The translations under genes and the position numbers were made by a program. The notes below the pieces were generated by a model. That model ran no database searches, was not told the DNA's origin, and saw only the letters and a program-made list of their open reading frames with translations. Source: a virus. From it: DNA of 26,708 nt. The stretch lies in the IMG/VR virus record IMGVR_UViG_3300013886_000019; one strand, 5' to 3'. Shown here piece by piece: positions 16,823 through 24,322 of this stretch (position 1 is the first letter of the stretch; every line of letters begins with the position of its first letter).

Positions 16823-17314
16823 ATGCGATGGACAAATGAGCAGCAAGCCCTGATCGTGAAATATCGCGGAACGAACGCCCCTTCTCCAACAAACCTGACG
16901 CGGATCCCCGAAGGGGATCGAAGATACAAATGCCCGGTCTGCCACCTCGTCCTCTCCTCTGCCGACCTCGATGAGGGCCGGTGCCCCGTCTGCGGCGAGT
17001 CGGCCGGCCTGCGGATCATGTGCCCCCTCGACCACACCCACTGCTCTCACGGGGTCATCGAGTCGCTGGCCTACTGCCCGCTATGCGGCGAGCCCGTCTG
17101 CCCGGAGTGCGGGAGCCATGATGTCGCCCAGATGAGCCGAGTCACCGGGTACATCCAGGCAGTCGGCGGCTGGAACTCCGGGAAACGGCAGGAATTGAAG
17201 GATAGATCCCGGTACGACCCCTTCGACCTCGCAGCCGTCCCGGCCCCAGCTCCGGCGAAGGTGCCCCCGCCGCCCGTTCACACCCCCCCGGCCCCGATCG
17301 AGGTCGCGGATTAG
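16823..17314 (+). CDS. Stand-alone NrdD C-terminal-like zinc-ribbon / glycyl-radical-loop protein (not a full reductase)
   Basis: Several CxxC pairs, then CPECGSHDVAQMSRVTGYIQAVGGWNSGKRQELKDR; ATG after GGAGTGTTTAAA. Confidence 0.8.
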   Translation: MRWTNEQQALIVKYRGTNAPSPTNLTRIPEGDRRYKCPVCHLVLSSADLDEGRCPVCGESAGLRIMCPLDHTHCSHGVIESLAYCPLCGEPVCPECGSHDVAQMSRVTGYIQAVGGWNSGKRQELKDRSRYDPFDLAAVPAPAPAKVPPPPVHTPPAPIEVAD

Positions 17315-17451
17315 CGTGGATGGGGGAACTGATCTCCCCGCCAGACAATTCTTTTCTCTCGTCTCGCCCTCTCATGGGGGCTTCCCAGTTCGGGATTAGG
17401 CAAGTATGGAGAACGGCAACCTCTTTCCCGACACCCTTCCAATACTCGTGC

Positions 17452-17724
17452 ATGGCTCAGTACGAATACACCGTCCTCGCCCACTCCGCCGCCGAAGGCG
17501 GGTTCTGGGCCGAGGTCCCGGCGCTCCCTGGCTGCCTCGCGCAGGGAGAGACTGTCGAGGAGACGCTGACGAACATGCAGGAGGCCGCCGAGGCGCACCT
17601 GCAGGCGCTTCAGGACGAAGGGCGAACGGTACCGGAAGAAGAGGGGGGGCTGGTCGCCTGGATCAGGGTTCGCGAGGCTTCCGCGCCAGCGACCGGCGGT
17701 AGACCGGATACCGGCTCCCGGTGA
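17452..17724 (+). CDS. hicB: HicB-family antitoxin (orphan)
   Basis: EGGFWAEVPALPGCLAQGETVEETLTNMQEA. Confidence 0.85.
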   Translation: MAQYEYTVLAHSAAEGGFWAEVPALPGCLAQGETVEETLTNMQEAAEAHLQALQDEGRTVPEEEGGLVAWIRVREASAPATGGRPDTGSR

Positions 17725-17872
17725 CAGGGTTGACGATATCGCCAGCCTTGAGGTGATAGAACCCCTTCTCCGCGTTCTCCCGGATCCGGGCGACATGGAG
17801 GAAAAGGTTGGTGTCGTGGGCCACCAGGGCCTCGAGGGCGAGGAGGTCCTTAACGAGGGTTGCTTGGTCCAT
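17663..17872 (-). CDS. Hypothetical protein
   Basis: Last gene of the minus-strand operon; overlaps the hicB 3' end. Confidence 0.5.
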   Translation of the reverse strand: MDQATLVKDLLALEALVAHDTNLFLHVARIRENAEKGFYHLKAGDIVNPVTGSRYPVYRRSLARKPREP

Positions 17873-17875
17873 GGC

Positions 17876-18091
17876 TCACCGGCCCCCCCTCTGCCGGTGG
17901 CACGGGTGCAGCTCGGCCCCGGTCGGGACCTGGTCAATGGTGTCCGCAAGCTGCCACGGCCCCATATTGACCCGGTACAAGACCGCGAGGACGACCATAT
18001 CTAAATCAATTCCGCGCCAGGCGACCGGCTCCTGCACAGATGCGAAGTGTTCCGGGCCGCCCTTGCTGGTCTCCCCTTCTTTGCCTGTCAT
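17876..18091 (-). CDS. Hypothetical protein
   Basis: Coupled to the neighbouring minus-strand ORFs. Confidence 0.45.
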   Translation of the reverse strand: MTGKEGETSKGGPEHFASVQEPVAWRGIDLDMVVLAVLYRVNMGPWQLADTIDQVPTGAELHPCHRQRGGR

Positions 18092-18462
18092 GTCAGCCCC
18101 CGTTCGAGGAGCAAGAACCGGGTCGGATGGCTCAGCTTGTAGTCCACCTCTCGGTCATCGATGTAGTCCCGGTGGTTGATGTAGCCCTTGACATAGGGCT
18201 TCACCCGAGCATCGAACCGGACCACATCTCCCTCACGGAGGTCGCCCAGGCCCGCGAACCCCTTCGTGTAGTTGAACCAGAGATGATCGGTGACGATCCG
18301 CCCCTCAGAGTTCCGAACGTCCCGGAGGAGGACGGTCTCGTCGTAATCGACCCATTCGTCCCCGACTTTCTTCGGCCGGTACCGGCTCTTCCTGCCGAAC
18401 CGGACAAAGGTGCCGGTGAATGTCTGCCGCTCTCCGTCAATGGCCTTGAGGTCCTTACGCAT
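18088..18462 (-). CDS. Conserved phage-type hypothetical protein (OB-fold-like)
   Basis: FTGTFVRFG..ETVLLRDV..VTDHLWFNYTKGF..GDVVRFDARVKPYVKGY..DYKLSHPT; RBS GGAAGGAG. Confidence 0.75.
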   Translation of the reverse strand: MRKDLKAIDGERQTFTGTFVRFGRKSRYRPKKVGDEWVDYDETVLLRDVRNSEGRIVTDHLWFNYTKGFAGLGDLREGDVVRFDARVKPYVKGYINHRDYIDDREVDYKLSHPTRFLLLERGLT

Positions 18463-18589
18463 GAGTGCTCCTTCCCCCAGGGGTCCCGTCCACGATCACG
18501 GCCCCGCTGTTCCGCCGGATGCAGGTGCCCTGCTGGGCGCAGCGGAGGGCGAGGTCGAGGAAGTAGGTTGGGCGGTCGGTGCGAGTCAT
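18455..18589 (-). pseudogene. Truncated dCMP deaminase (ComEB-like) N-terminal fragment, 44 aa
   Basis: Hand translation MTRTDRPTYFLDLALRCAQQGTCIRRNSGAVIVDGTPGGRSTHA* matches the YF..A...A.RSTC.RR..GAVIV start of the family; catalytic HAE and PCxxC motifs absent. Confidence 0.7.
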
Positions 18590-19428
18590 GCTGACCGCCA
18601 CCCCCGGCGACCGAAGGAAGCGTTGAGCGAACTCTGGGTCCGATCTGCTTCCAGGAGCCGGTCGATCCGCTGTTTGTATGCCCGGAAGTTCCGGAACTTG
18701 TCATTCTGGTTCTTTGAGTACCGGTCATACGCTCCGGTGCAGTCCTGCCGCCAGGCCCCCGAGTCCGCAGAGGTGATCAGGCTCCGGATCCCCGGATCCT
18801 TCAGGACTTGGTAGGTCAGGCCGAACGCATGGATCGAGCAGATCGCGGGGATGTTCTCCCGCACATACTTGAGGATCCGGTATATCTCAGCGACGTTTGT
18901 CCGGCCCTTGAGCGACCCCACGGCCATATGGTAGTTCCAGCCCCCGGTGCCTTCCTCCTCGCAGTCCCAGATGTACTGGACCGCGTGCTGGTAGTCGGCA
19001 AGGGTGCTGCCCTGAATCGTAAAGATCCACTGGATGTCGTCCTGTTTCCAGGGATGGACGCAGTCCCGCATGAGGTCCCACCCGTTCTCGAGGCTCTCCT
19101 CGATCTGGTTCCGGCGCTCGGATTCATCCATAGATCTCGGGATGATAAAGTCCGGGGTGGCCGCGTAGCCGAGCTGCGGGTAGGTATCCCAGAACTCAAA
19201 GACCCACTCCACGTATTCCTCCGGCGAGAAGGGGTATTCTTTGAAGGAATAAGCCCCCGAGTCGATCATGATCGACCGGGCCCCGTCGAGATACTTCGGA
19301 ACCGCGAGTCTCCCGGCCCCACGGCGCCCCCCCTTCTTCCAGCACAGCCCCGCCGAGACCAGCACATCGACATCCTTCAGGTGCCGGTCGAAGCTGGAGG
19401 CGTCACACGCATAGTAATACCGATCCAT
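18586..19428 (-). CDS. TGT-fold transglycosylase, DpdA-like (7-deazaguanine DNA modification candidate)
   Basis: MIDSGAYSF, ATPD, TIQG, VGSL, IHAFG, SADSGAW; start at 19428 after the leader AAAAATGAGGATAAA. Confidence 0.7.
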   Translation of the reverse strand: MDRYYYACDASSFDRHLKDVDVLVSAGLCWKKGGRRGAGRLAVPKYLDGARSIMIDSGAYSFKEYPFSPEEYVEWVFEFWDTYPQLGYAATPDFIIPRSMDESERRNQIEESLENGWDLMRDCVHPWKQDDIQWIFTIQGSTLADYQHAVQYIWDCEEEGTGGWNYHMAVGSLKGRTNVAEIYRILKYVRENIPAICSIHAFGLTYQVLKDPGIRSLITSADSGAWRQDCTGAYDRYSKNQNDKFRNFRAYKQRIDRLLEADRTQSSLNASFGRRGWRSA

Positions 19429-19600
19429 TTTATCCTCATTTTTCTGGTTCCCCGGTTTGCGCCCCCGGAGACGGGCATGATCCTGGAGATGGGCCAAGAG
19501 GGTCGCCCCCGGCCCTCTCCCGCTATCCTGTGGACTCACCTCAATAGAGGGGGGATGAAGCAGGAAGCCACGCCCTTCAGGGCGTGGTAGTTCACCCATA

Positions 19601-20224
19601 CTAATTCTTCTGTTCAGATGTCTGCATTTCCTTGTTCAGATCCTCTTCTGCCCACTCTTTCAGTCTGAGGTAAAGGGTGTTCCTGGCAATCTTAAGCCTC
19701 CGGGCGATCTCTGCCTTCGAGACCCCAAGGGCAAGCAGTCGCTCAACCTTTGCACGATCAACCTCCTTCACTTTAGGGCCGAACCGTATCCCCTTTTCAA
19801 GGGCTGCACGGCGCCCAGCTTCAGTTCTCTCAAGGATCCGCTCGCGTTCATACTCTGCGAAGGCCCCTGAAATATGGAAGAAGAGCCGCCCATTCGGGGT
19901 GGTCGTATCAATACTGTCGCTGGGAGAGATCAGATCGATATTATGGTCCTTGAGCCATCCGGTAAACCGGATCAGGTCCGAGAGCGAGCGCCCTAACCTG
20001 TCCAGTTTGTAGACAATCACGGCCTGGGCTCCATAAACCCCGATATCGAGTTCCTCCATCATGCGGGTGAACTCTGGCCGGTCAGTGTTCTTCCCTGACG
20101 CCTTCTCGGCATAGATGTGCAGCAATTCGATGTTTCGGTACCCACAGAACCGTTTTATTTCTGTGATCTGGAGATCGAGATCCTGATCTTTAGTACTCAC
20201 TCTGGCATATGCAACTGCTTTCAA
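19601..20224 (-). CDS. Small serine recombinase (resolvase/invertase) with C-terminal HTH
   Basis: YARVST..Q..DLQ; EKASGKNTDRPEF; VYKLDRLGRS; GRLFFHISGAFAEYERE; TTG start; lower GC. Confidence 0.95.
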   Translation of the reverse strand: MKAVAYARVSTKDQDLDLQITEIKRFCGYRNIELLHIYAEKASGKNTDRPEFTRMMEELDIGVYGAQAVIVYKLDRLGRSLSDLIRFTGWLKDHNIDLISPSDSIDTTTPNGRLFFHISGAFAEYERERILERTEAGRRAALEKGIRFGPKVKEVDRAKVERLLALGVSKAEIARRLKIARNTLYLRLKEWAEEDLNKEMQTSEQKN

Positions 20225-20440
20225 TGTCTCATCTCCTCTTCTTTGATGGGGTTTAGTTCACATCTGTAATAATCCTTTTCTTCAAACAGTCAGTTGGCCG
20301 ATAACTCCCCTCACTTATAGGACGTTCAGTGCCTGTTAAGTTAGAGGACACTGGTTAACAACTGGAATTGGTGTAATGAAAGGGAACTTGAGTTTTGTGA
20401 GTAACACGAAAGTGAGGAAAAGTATTACGTGAACGGTAGC

Positions 20441-20458
20441 ACGTTTTTATAAAAACGT
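20441..20458. repeat. Perfect 18-bp palindrome ACGTTTTTATAAAAACGT
   Basis: Read directly; central TTATAA; in the AT-rich gap upstream of the recombinase. Confidence 0.85.
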
Positions 20459-20583
20459 CACACTTCTCCGCCTTGAGATCGATCTGGATCATGGCGGGCG
20501 ACAGGATCCGATCCGGGGAGGATCGCGGGAGGGCGTCTCCCCCCCAAGATATCTTATAGCCGGATGAAGGCCAACCCGAGCTG

Positions 20584-20760
20584 ATGACCTTTCGTGATGG
20601 GTGCCGGAGCGTGGTGAACCCCCTCGCCCGGTGCTGGGACTGGCTCGTCATGGCCCGGGGCCTCTGGTGTTTCGTCCGGGCCAGGGATGCGCTTGCCGAC
20701 CTCGATCAGGAGGCTCTGATCCGGGGAGAGCTGAAACTGCGAAATAAAAAAGGAGTCTAA
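20584..20760 (+). CDS. Possible 58-aa hypothetical protein
   Basis: Hand translation MTFRDGCRSVVNPLARCWDWLVMARG...KKGV*; ends 2 nt before the next ATG; weak RBS. Confidence 0.3.
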   Translation: MTFRDGCRSVVNPLARCWDWLVMARGLWCFVRARDALADLDQEALIRGELKLRNKKGV

Positions 20761-20762
20761 AA

Positions 20763-21020
20763 ATGCGAAAAATGTGTTCAACTCAAAAAATTGGCCTGTT
20801 CTTGGCCGCACTGGTGTTTGCGGGCTGGATCGGGCTTCTGGTGCTGTACCCCGCAGAGGGGTTGCCGTTGCCGGTCTTCGGGATGTATCTGATCTTCGCC
20901 TCCGGGGCGGTAGGCTGCGCCACCCTTTGTGTGCAACACGGGCTCTTCGGGTACCCGGGCGAGCAAGACCCCCGAACCCTGATCGAGATCTCGCTGGAGG
21001 AGGGCCCCGATGCCCCCTGA
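20763..21020 (+). CDS. Small membrane protein (2 TM)
   Basis: Two hydrophobic segments; leader AAAAAAGGAGTCTAAAAATG. Confidence 0.65.
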   Translation: MRKMCSTQKIGLFLAALVFAGWIGLLVLYPAEGLPLPVFGMYLIFASGAVGCATLCVQHGLFGYPGEQDPRTLIEISLEEGPDAP

Positions 21021-21192
21021 GTCCGAAGCCGTCTGCCCCTACTGCGGCTGCCGGGGGCACAAGGCCCCGCACAAGAAACTCTCCTGGATACACAGCCGCG
21101 AGGTGGCAGAGCAGTTCGGCTGGAACGATCTGGCCTGCGGATCCTGCGGCCGGGCGTTCCGGGGCTACCCGTGGCCCCCGCGGGGCCCCTGA
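21010..21192 (+). CDS. Small zinc-ribbon protein
   Basis: CPYC...CGSC. Confidence 0.6.
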   Translation: MPPESEAVCPYCGCRGHKAPHKKLSWIHSREVAEQFGWNDLACGSCGRAFRGYPWPPRGP

Positions 21193-21236
21193 CGCCCCCA
21201 ACCTATATGCCTCCAGAGATGCCTACAACCATATAG

Positions 21237-21419
21237 ATGGACATGATCCCGATGCAGACGATCATCATCGAGCAAACCCCCCCCGGCACCTTCTCCGCCT
21301 ACGCCCCGGAGGTCCCGGGGTGCGTGGCGACCGGGGCGACCCGCGAGGAGGCCCGGGCCCGGCTGCTGGATGCCCTGGCGTTCCACCGGGCCGGGCTCGC
21401 GGAGGACGAAGGGGCATGA
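21237..21419 (+). CDS. Short HicB-like protein (orphan)
   Basis: IIIEQTPPGTFSAYAPEVPGCVATGATREEA..L..AL..H. Confidence 0.75.
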   Translation: MDMIPMQTIIIEQTPPGTFSAYAPEVPGCVATGATREEARARLLDALAFHRAGLAEDEGA

Positions 21420-21754
21420 CCGCCTCGCCCGCCCTCCTCCGGCTCGCCGGGCTGGAGCGGTTTACGATCCCCGGCAAGCGGTACCCGGCCCCGCTCCCGC
21501 CGGCGCTGGAGGCGAACTATTGTTACACCGTGGACGGCGGGCACTCGATCCTGGTCGTGCTCGCAAACGAGTACCGGGCGGGCAAGCCGGTCGCGGACTA
21601 CCTGACCCCCGCCGCCGTCCGCACCGTGCTCCGCCGGGGCTACACCGTCAACGAGGGGCCCCTCAACGGGGGGGTCCACCCCTTCGTCTGGTGCCGGATC
21701 CCCTACTCCTCGGAGATCGGGCTGCTCGAAGAGGCTGACGATGTAGAATACTGA
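21416..21754 (+). CDS. Conserved hypothetical protein
   Basis: YCYTVDGGHSI..VL.NEY..VRTVLRRGY..VWC.IPY; ATGA-coupled. Confidence 0.7.
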   Translation: MTASPALLRLAGLERFTIPGKRYPAPLPPALEANYCYTVDGGHSILVVLANEYRAGKPVADYLTPAAVRTVLRRGYTVNEGPLNGGVHPFVWCRIPYSSEIGLLEEADDVEY

Positions 21755-21769
21755 CCCCTTCGGGGTCAG
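21751..21769 (+). other. Perfect 8-bp hairpin CTGACCCC-TTC-GGGGTCAG over the stop codon
   Basis: Read directly; followed by an AAAAATGAGGC leader. Confidence 0.7.
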
Positions 21770-21791
21770 GACCCTGAAAAATGAGGCTAAA

Positions 21792-22469
21792 ATGAGTCAA
21801 AATTCCTTAAAAGAGGGGATCGGCATGACCGATGCCCCCGAGTTCCCCCAGGCCGACCCGGCGGTCCAGTACATCGTCCGGCAGGTCGCGAAGATCGAGG
21901 ACGCCCGGGCCTGCACCGCGGGCTACTATAAGGGCCAGACAGCCCTGATGCGCCGGCTGGAGAAGACCGACGAAGAGCTCGCCAAGATCCACCGGCTGCT
22001 CGAGGGGCTGACGCCCGAAGACGCCGCCCGGTACTTCCGGGAGGGCATGGACCACGCGATCCGCGAGGTCGAGGGCGAGGTCCGCCGGGAGATCCAGAAG
22101 GGGGCCGACGACGCCGTTGCCCGGCTGGCCGCCACCTCCCGCAACCTCGAGCTGACCGCGGCCGATGTCGAGCGGCAGATGGAACGGGTGCAGAAGAACA
22201 TGGCCGGATCCGAGGGCCTGCTCCGCTCCGCCGTCCGGCAGACCGCCGGGGAGTATGCCGATGCGATCCGTGGGTCGGAAGCCTCCCTACAGGCGGCCGC
22301 CCGAGCCGTCACCGAGGGGTTCCAAGGGATCGCAGCAGCCCAGACCGATCTCCAGGCCCGGTTCGCGGCCCTGGTCGAGAAGTGCCTCTACCGAGTGCCG
22401 CTGGCGTATCTCATCGGGCTGGTGGGGCTGGCCTTCGCCATCGGCTTCGTGGTCCGGGGAGTGGTCTGA
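21792..22469 (+). CDS. Coiled-coil protein with C-terminal TM anchor
   Basis: Long Ala/Glu/Arg helical region; YLIGLVGLAFAIGFVV at the C-terminus. Confidence 0.75.
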   Translation: MSQNSLKEGIGMTDAPEFPQADPAVQYIVRQVAKIEDARACTAGYYKGQTALMRRLEKTDEELAKIHRLLEGLTPEDAARYFREGMDHAIREVEGEVRREIQKGADDAVARLAATSRNLELTAADVERQMERVQKNMAGSEGLLRSAVRQTAGEYADAIRGSEASLQAAARAVTEGFQGIAAAQTDLQARFAALVEKCLYRVPLAYLIGLVGLAFAIGFVVRGVV

Positions 22470-22679
22470 GTACGGACGACCCCCCATCGCCCGACCCATC
22501 CTCACCTGTTTTTGCTGCACATGCAGGCCGCTCGGGCAACCCTTAGAAAATCCCTAATAGTTGCCCACTCTCAACCCTCTAGCCATCCCGGATCAGTCGA
22601 GCCCGCACCAGCGTACCCCGATGCCCTTTCCATAGGCAACTATTATTCCCCCATTTCCCTTATCTCTGATCGAAGCACC

Positions 22680-22973
22680 ATGGCACCCTCGAAAACTCAT
22701 CCCGAACGGGGCTGCAAGCTCACCCCGAAGCAGGCCGAAACCCTCCGGAGGGAGGGGTTCGTGGACATCGTCCGGAGCGGAAAGAAGATCCGGCTGCATC
22801 GGGCGTTCACCCCCGGCGTGGTCCGGGCCAGCACCCGGCAGACCGGCCGGTCGATCCCGCAGTACGACAGTCGGGTGGAGGCGATGGCCCCCGGCAAACG
22901 GATCTCGGCCCGGGGCCGGGTCTATTACGAATACCGGCGGAACCGGACGGATGTCCGGGGGTCGCGGATCTAG
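22680..22973 (+). CDS. Small basic protein with PGKRISxxGxxYYExRxNRxD motif
   Basis: AMAPGKRISARGRVYYEYRRNRTD; pattern recalled from uncultured viral genomes. Confidence 0.65.
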   Translation: MAPSKTHPERGCKLTPKQAETLRREGFVDIVRSGKKIRLHRAFTPGVVRASTRQTGRSIPQYDSRVEAMAPGKRISARGRVYYEYRRNRTDVRGSRI

Positions 22974-23121
22974 GGGAACCCCTCCGCACCCCTCATCAGG
23001 TGACCCCCCGGATCCTCTTCTCACTCCTGCGCCGCCCCGCGCCCCGATTCTCTGATCCGTCCCGTATCATCACCTCCCAAAACCCGATCCTATCCTCGCA
23101 ACCCGAAGCAACGCCATAGAT

Positions 23122-23173
23122 AACCTTTATCTCTCCTTCCTTCCATCTCCCCTGTAGAGCACCCTGTAGAGCA
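23122..23173 (+). promoter_or_regulatory. Putative promoter of the small-gene array: AACCTTTATC plus tandem 2 x CCCTGTAGAGCA (23150-23161, 23162-23173)
   Basis: TATA-like box resembles 15789; the perfect 12-bp tandem repeat is read directly. Confidence 0.45.
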
Positions 23174-23219
23174 ACCCCCGACGAGGAGGTGGATCTGCCG
23201 AGATCCGGCAGGAACGAGC

Positions 23220-23483
23220 ATGAAAACCAATGCAAAAGGGCGGCGGTGCGCCCCCACGGTGACGGCCCGGCGGCTGGAGCAGTTCCCTGGAAAGGGGACC
23301 GCCTACATCCGCGACGGCACCCCGAACCCCCGGCTGACGCGGCCGGAAGACTATGGGTGGACCGAGATCTCGGACGCCGAGATCGCGAAGTTCGCCCGGC
23401 TCGGCTACGACATCTGGTACAAGACCGCCAGCATGGGCGGGGCGCACCGGGTGTACCGGTCGCTGAAGAAGGCCGGGAAGTAG
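23220..23483 (+). CDS. Small basic hypothetical protein
   Basis: First gene of the right-hand array. Confidence 0.6.
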   Translation: MKTNAKGRRCAPTVTARRLEQFPGKGTAYIRDGTPNPRLTRPEDYGWTEISDAEIAKFARLGYDIWYKTASMGGAHRVYRSLKKAGK

Positions 23484-23516
23484 TGAGTGACTGAACGAAA
23501 AAATGAGGTAAGCAAA

Positions 23517-23822
23517 ATGGCAACCAACCCCAACGAAACCTACCCCTACGACATCGTCCACGCGACGCGCTGGTCGAAGGGCGGCAAAGCAGAGCGAAAA
23601 ACCCGGCTGGTCGTACTCCGGTTCAACCTGCCGGCTGGCAGCACCAAGTACCGGTATGCCATGCGCTGGCAGACTGACGGCGGCGAGGACGGCCCCACCT
23701 TCGGCGGCGGGGCCTACCAGACCCGGAGGGCGGCTCAGGATGCCATGATGAAGACCTACCTGGCCCACAATGCCGTCTACGGGAAGGGCTCGATCAGCCA
23801 CCTGCCGGGGATCGCGAAGTGA
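23517..23822 (+). CDS. Small basic hypothetical protein
   Basis: Leader at 23500. Confidence 0.75.
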   Translation: MATNPNETYPYDIVHATRWSKGGKAERKTRLVVLRFNLPAGSTKYRYAMRWQTDGGEDGPTFGGGAYQTRRAAQDAMMKTYLAHNAVYGKGSISHLPGIAK

Positions 23823-23890
23823 GGGGGGGTCCCCCCCTCGCGTTCGCTGACCGGCGAGAGAACAACTACAGAAAAATGAGGTAAAAAATG
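23820..23890 (+). repeat. ~70-bp hairpin-plus-leader spacer, copy 1
   Basis: GAGGGGGGG-T-CCCCCCCTC hairpin; 15-bp CCCCCTCGCGTTCGC and CGAGAGAAC shared with 25704-25773. Confidence 0.85.
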
Positions 23891-24322
23891 CAACGCAAAC
23901 CAAGCAGCAAGGCAACCCCCCCGAAGGCGAGGTCCTCGATCCCGGTCATCCCGGCCATGCGAGGATTCTCGTTTCTCACCGGGGACGTGAACTGGAAAGA
24001 GTACGGCGGAACCTTCTACCGGAGCTTTGGGGACGGAACCTACGCCCTCATTGAGTTCATCAACCTCGAAGATGCTGTCGGGTATGGGGGGATCCGGGGG
24101 AACAAGTATGCGGCCGTAGGACGAACCGTGGACCTCTCGCCGGGAGGGTTCTCGCTGAGAAACCTCGATTCAGCCCTCCGCACCATCGGGGCCTCTCCCG
24201 CGACCCGGAACCCCAAGGTTCTCCTCAATGCGGTGAACGCCTACGGGTCATTTGATGTTGACTTCGAGATCTTCGGCAACAATGCCGACAAGCTCCTGGC
24301 CGCGGCGAAACGCCGGTACTGA
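23888..24322 (+). CDS. Hypothetical protein (FLTGDVNWKEYGG motif)
   Basis: Leader at 23873. Confidence 0.75.
   Translation: MQRKPSSKATPPKARSSIPVIPAMRGFSFLTGDVNWKEYGGTFYRSFGDGTYALIEFINLEDAVGYGGIRGNKYAAVGRTVDLSPGGFSLRNLDSALRTIGASPATRNPKVLLNAVNAYGSFDVDFEIFGNNADKLLAAAKRRY

Noticed and set aside
16823-17314. Full anaerobic ribonucleotide reductase (nrdD)
   Set aside because: Only 163 aa; the catalytic barrel is absent
20575-20745. CTGATGA at 20581 suggesting a hammerhead ribozyme or C/D box sRNA
   Set aside because: No stem II followed by GAAA at the right distance, and the nearest CTGA box is ~130 nt away; a 58-aa ORF explains the region equally well
23069-23077. ATCACCTCC (16S anti-SD sequence) as a trans-acting RNA pairing with the array leaders
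   Set aside because: A single 9-mer in a pyrimidine-rich tract; on the minus strand it is an SD with no spacer before ATG; no supporting structure
872-23915. Long antisense or alternate-frame ORFs (e.g. 1194-2414, 2726-3568, 9894-11072, 10975-12000, 11712-12785, 13137-14228, 18808-19590, 23127-23915)
   Set aside because: Shadows of real genes in GC-rich DNA; Pro/Arg/Gly-rich, with no motifs or RBS
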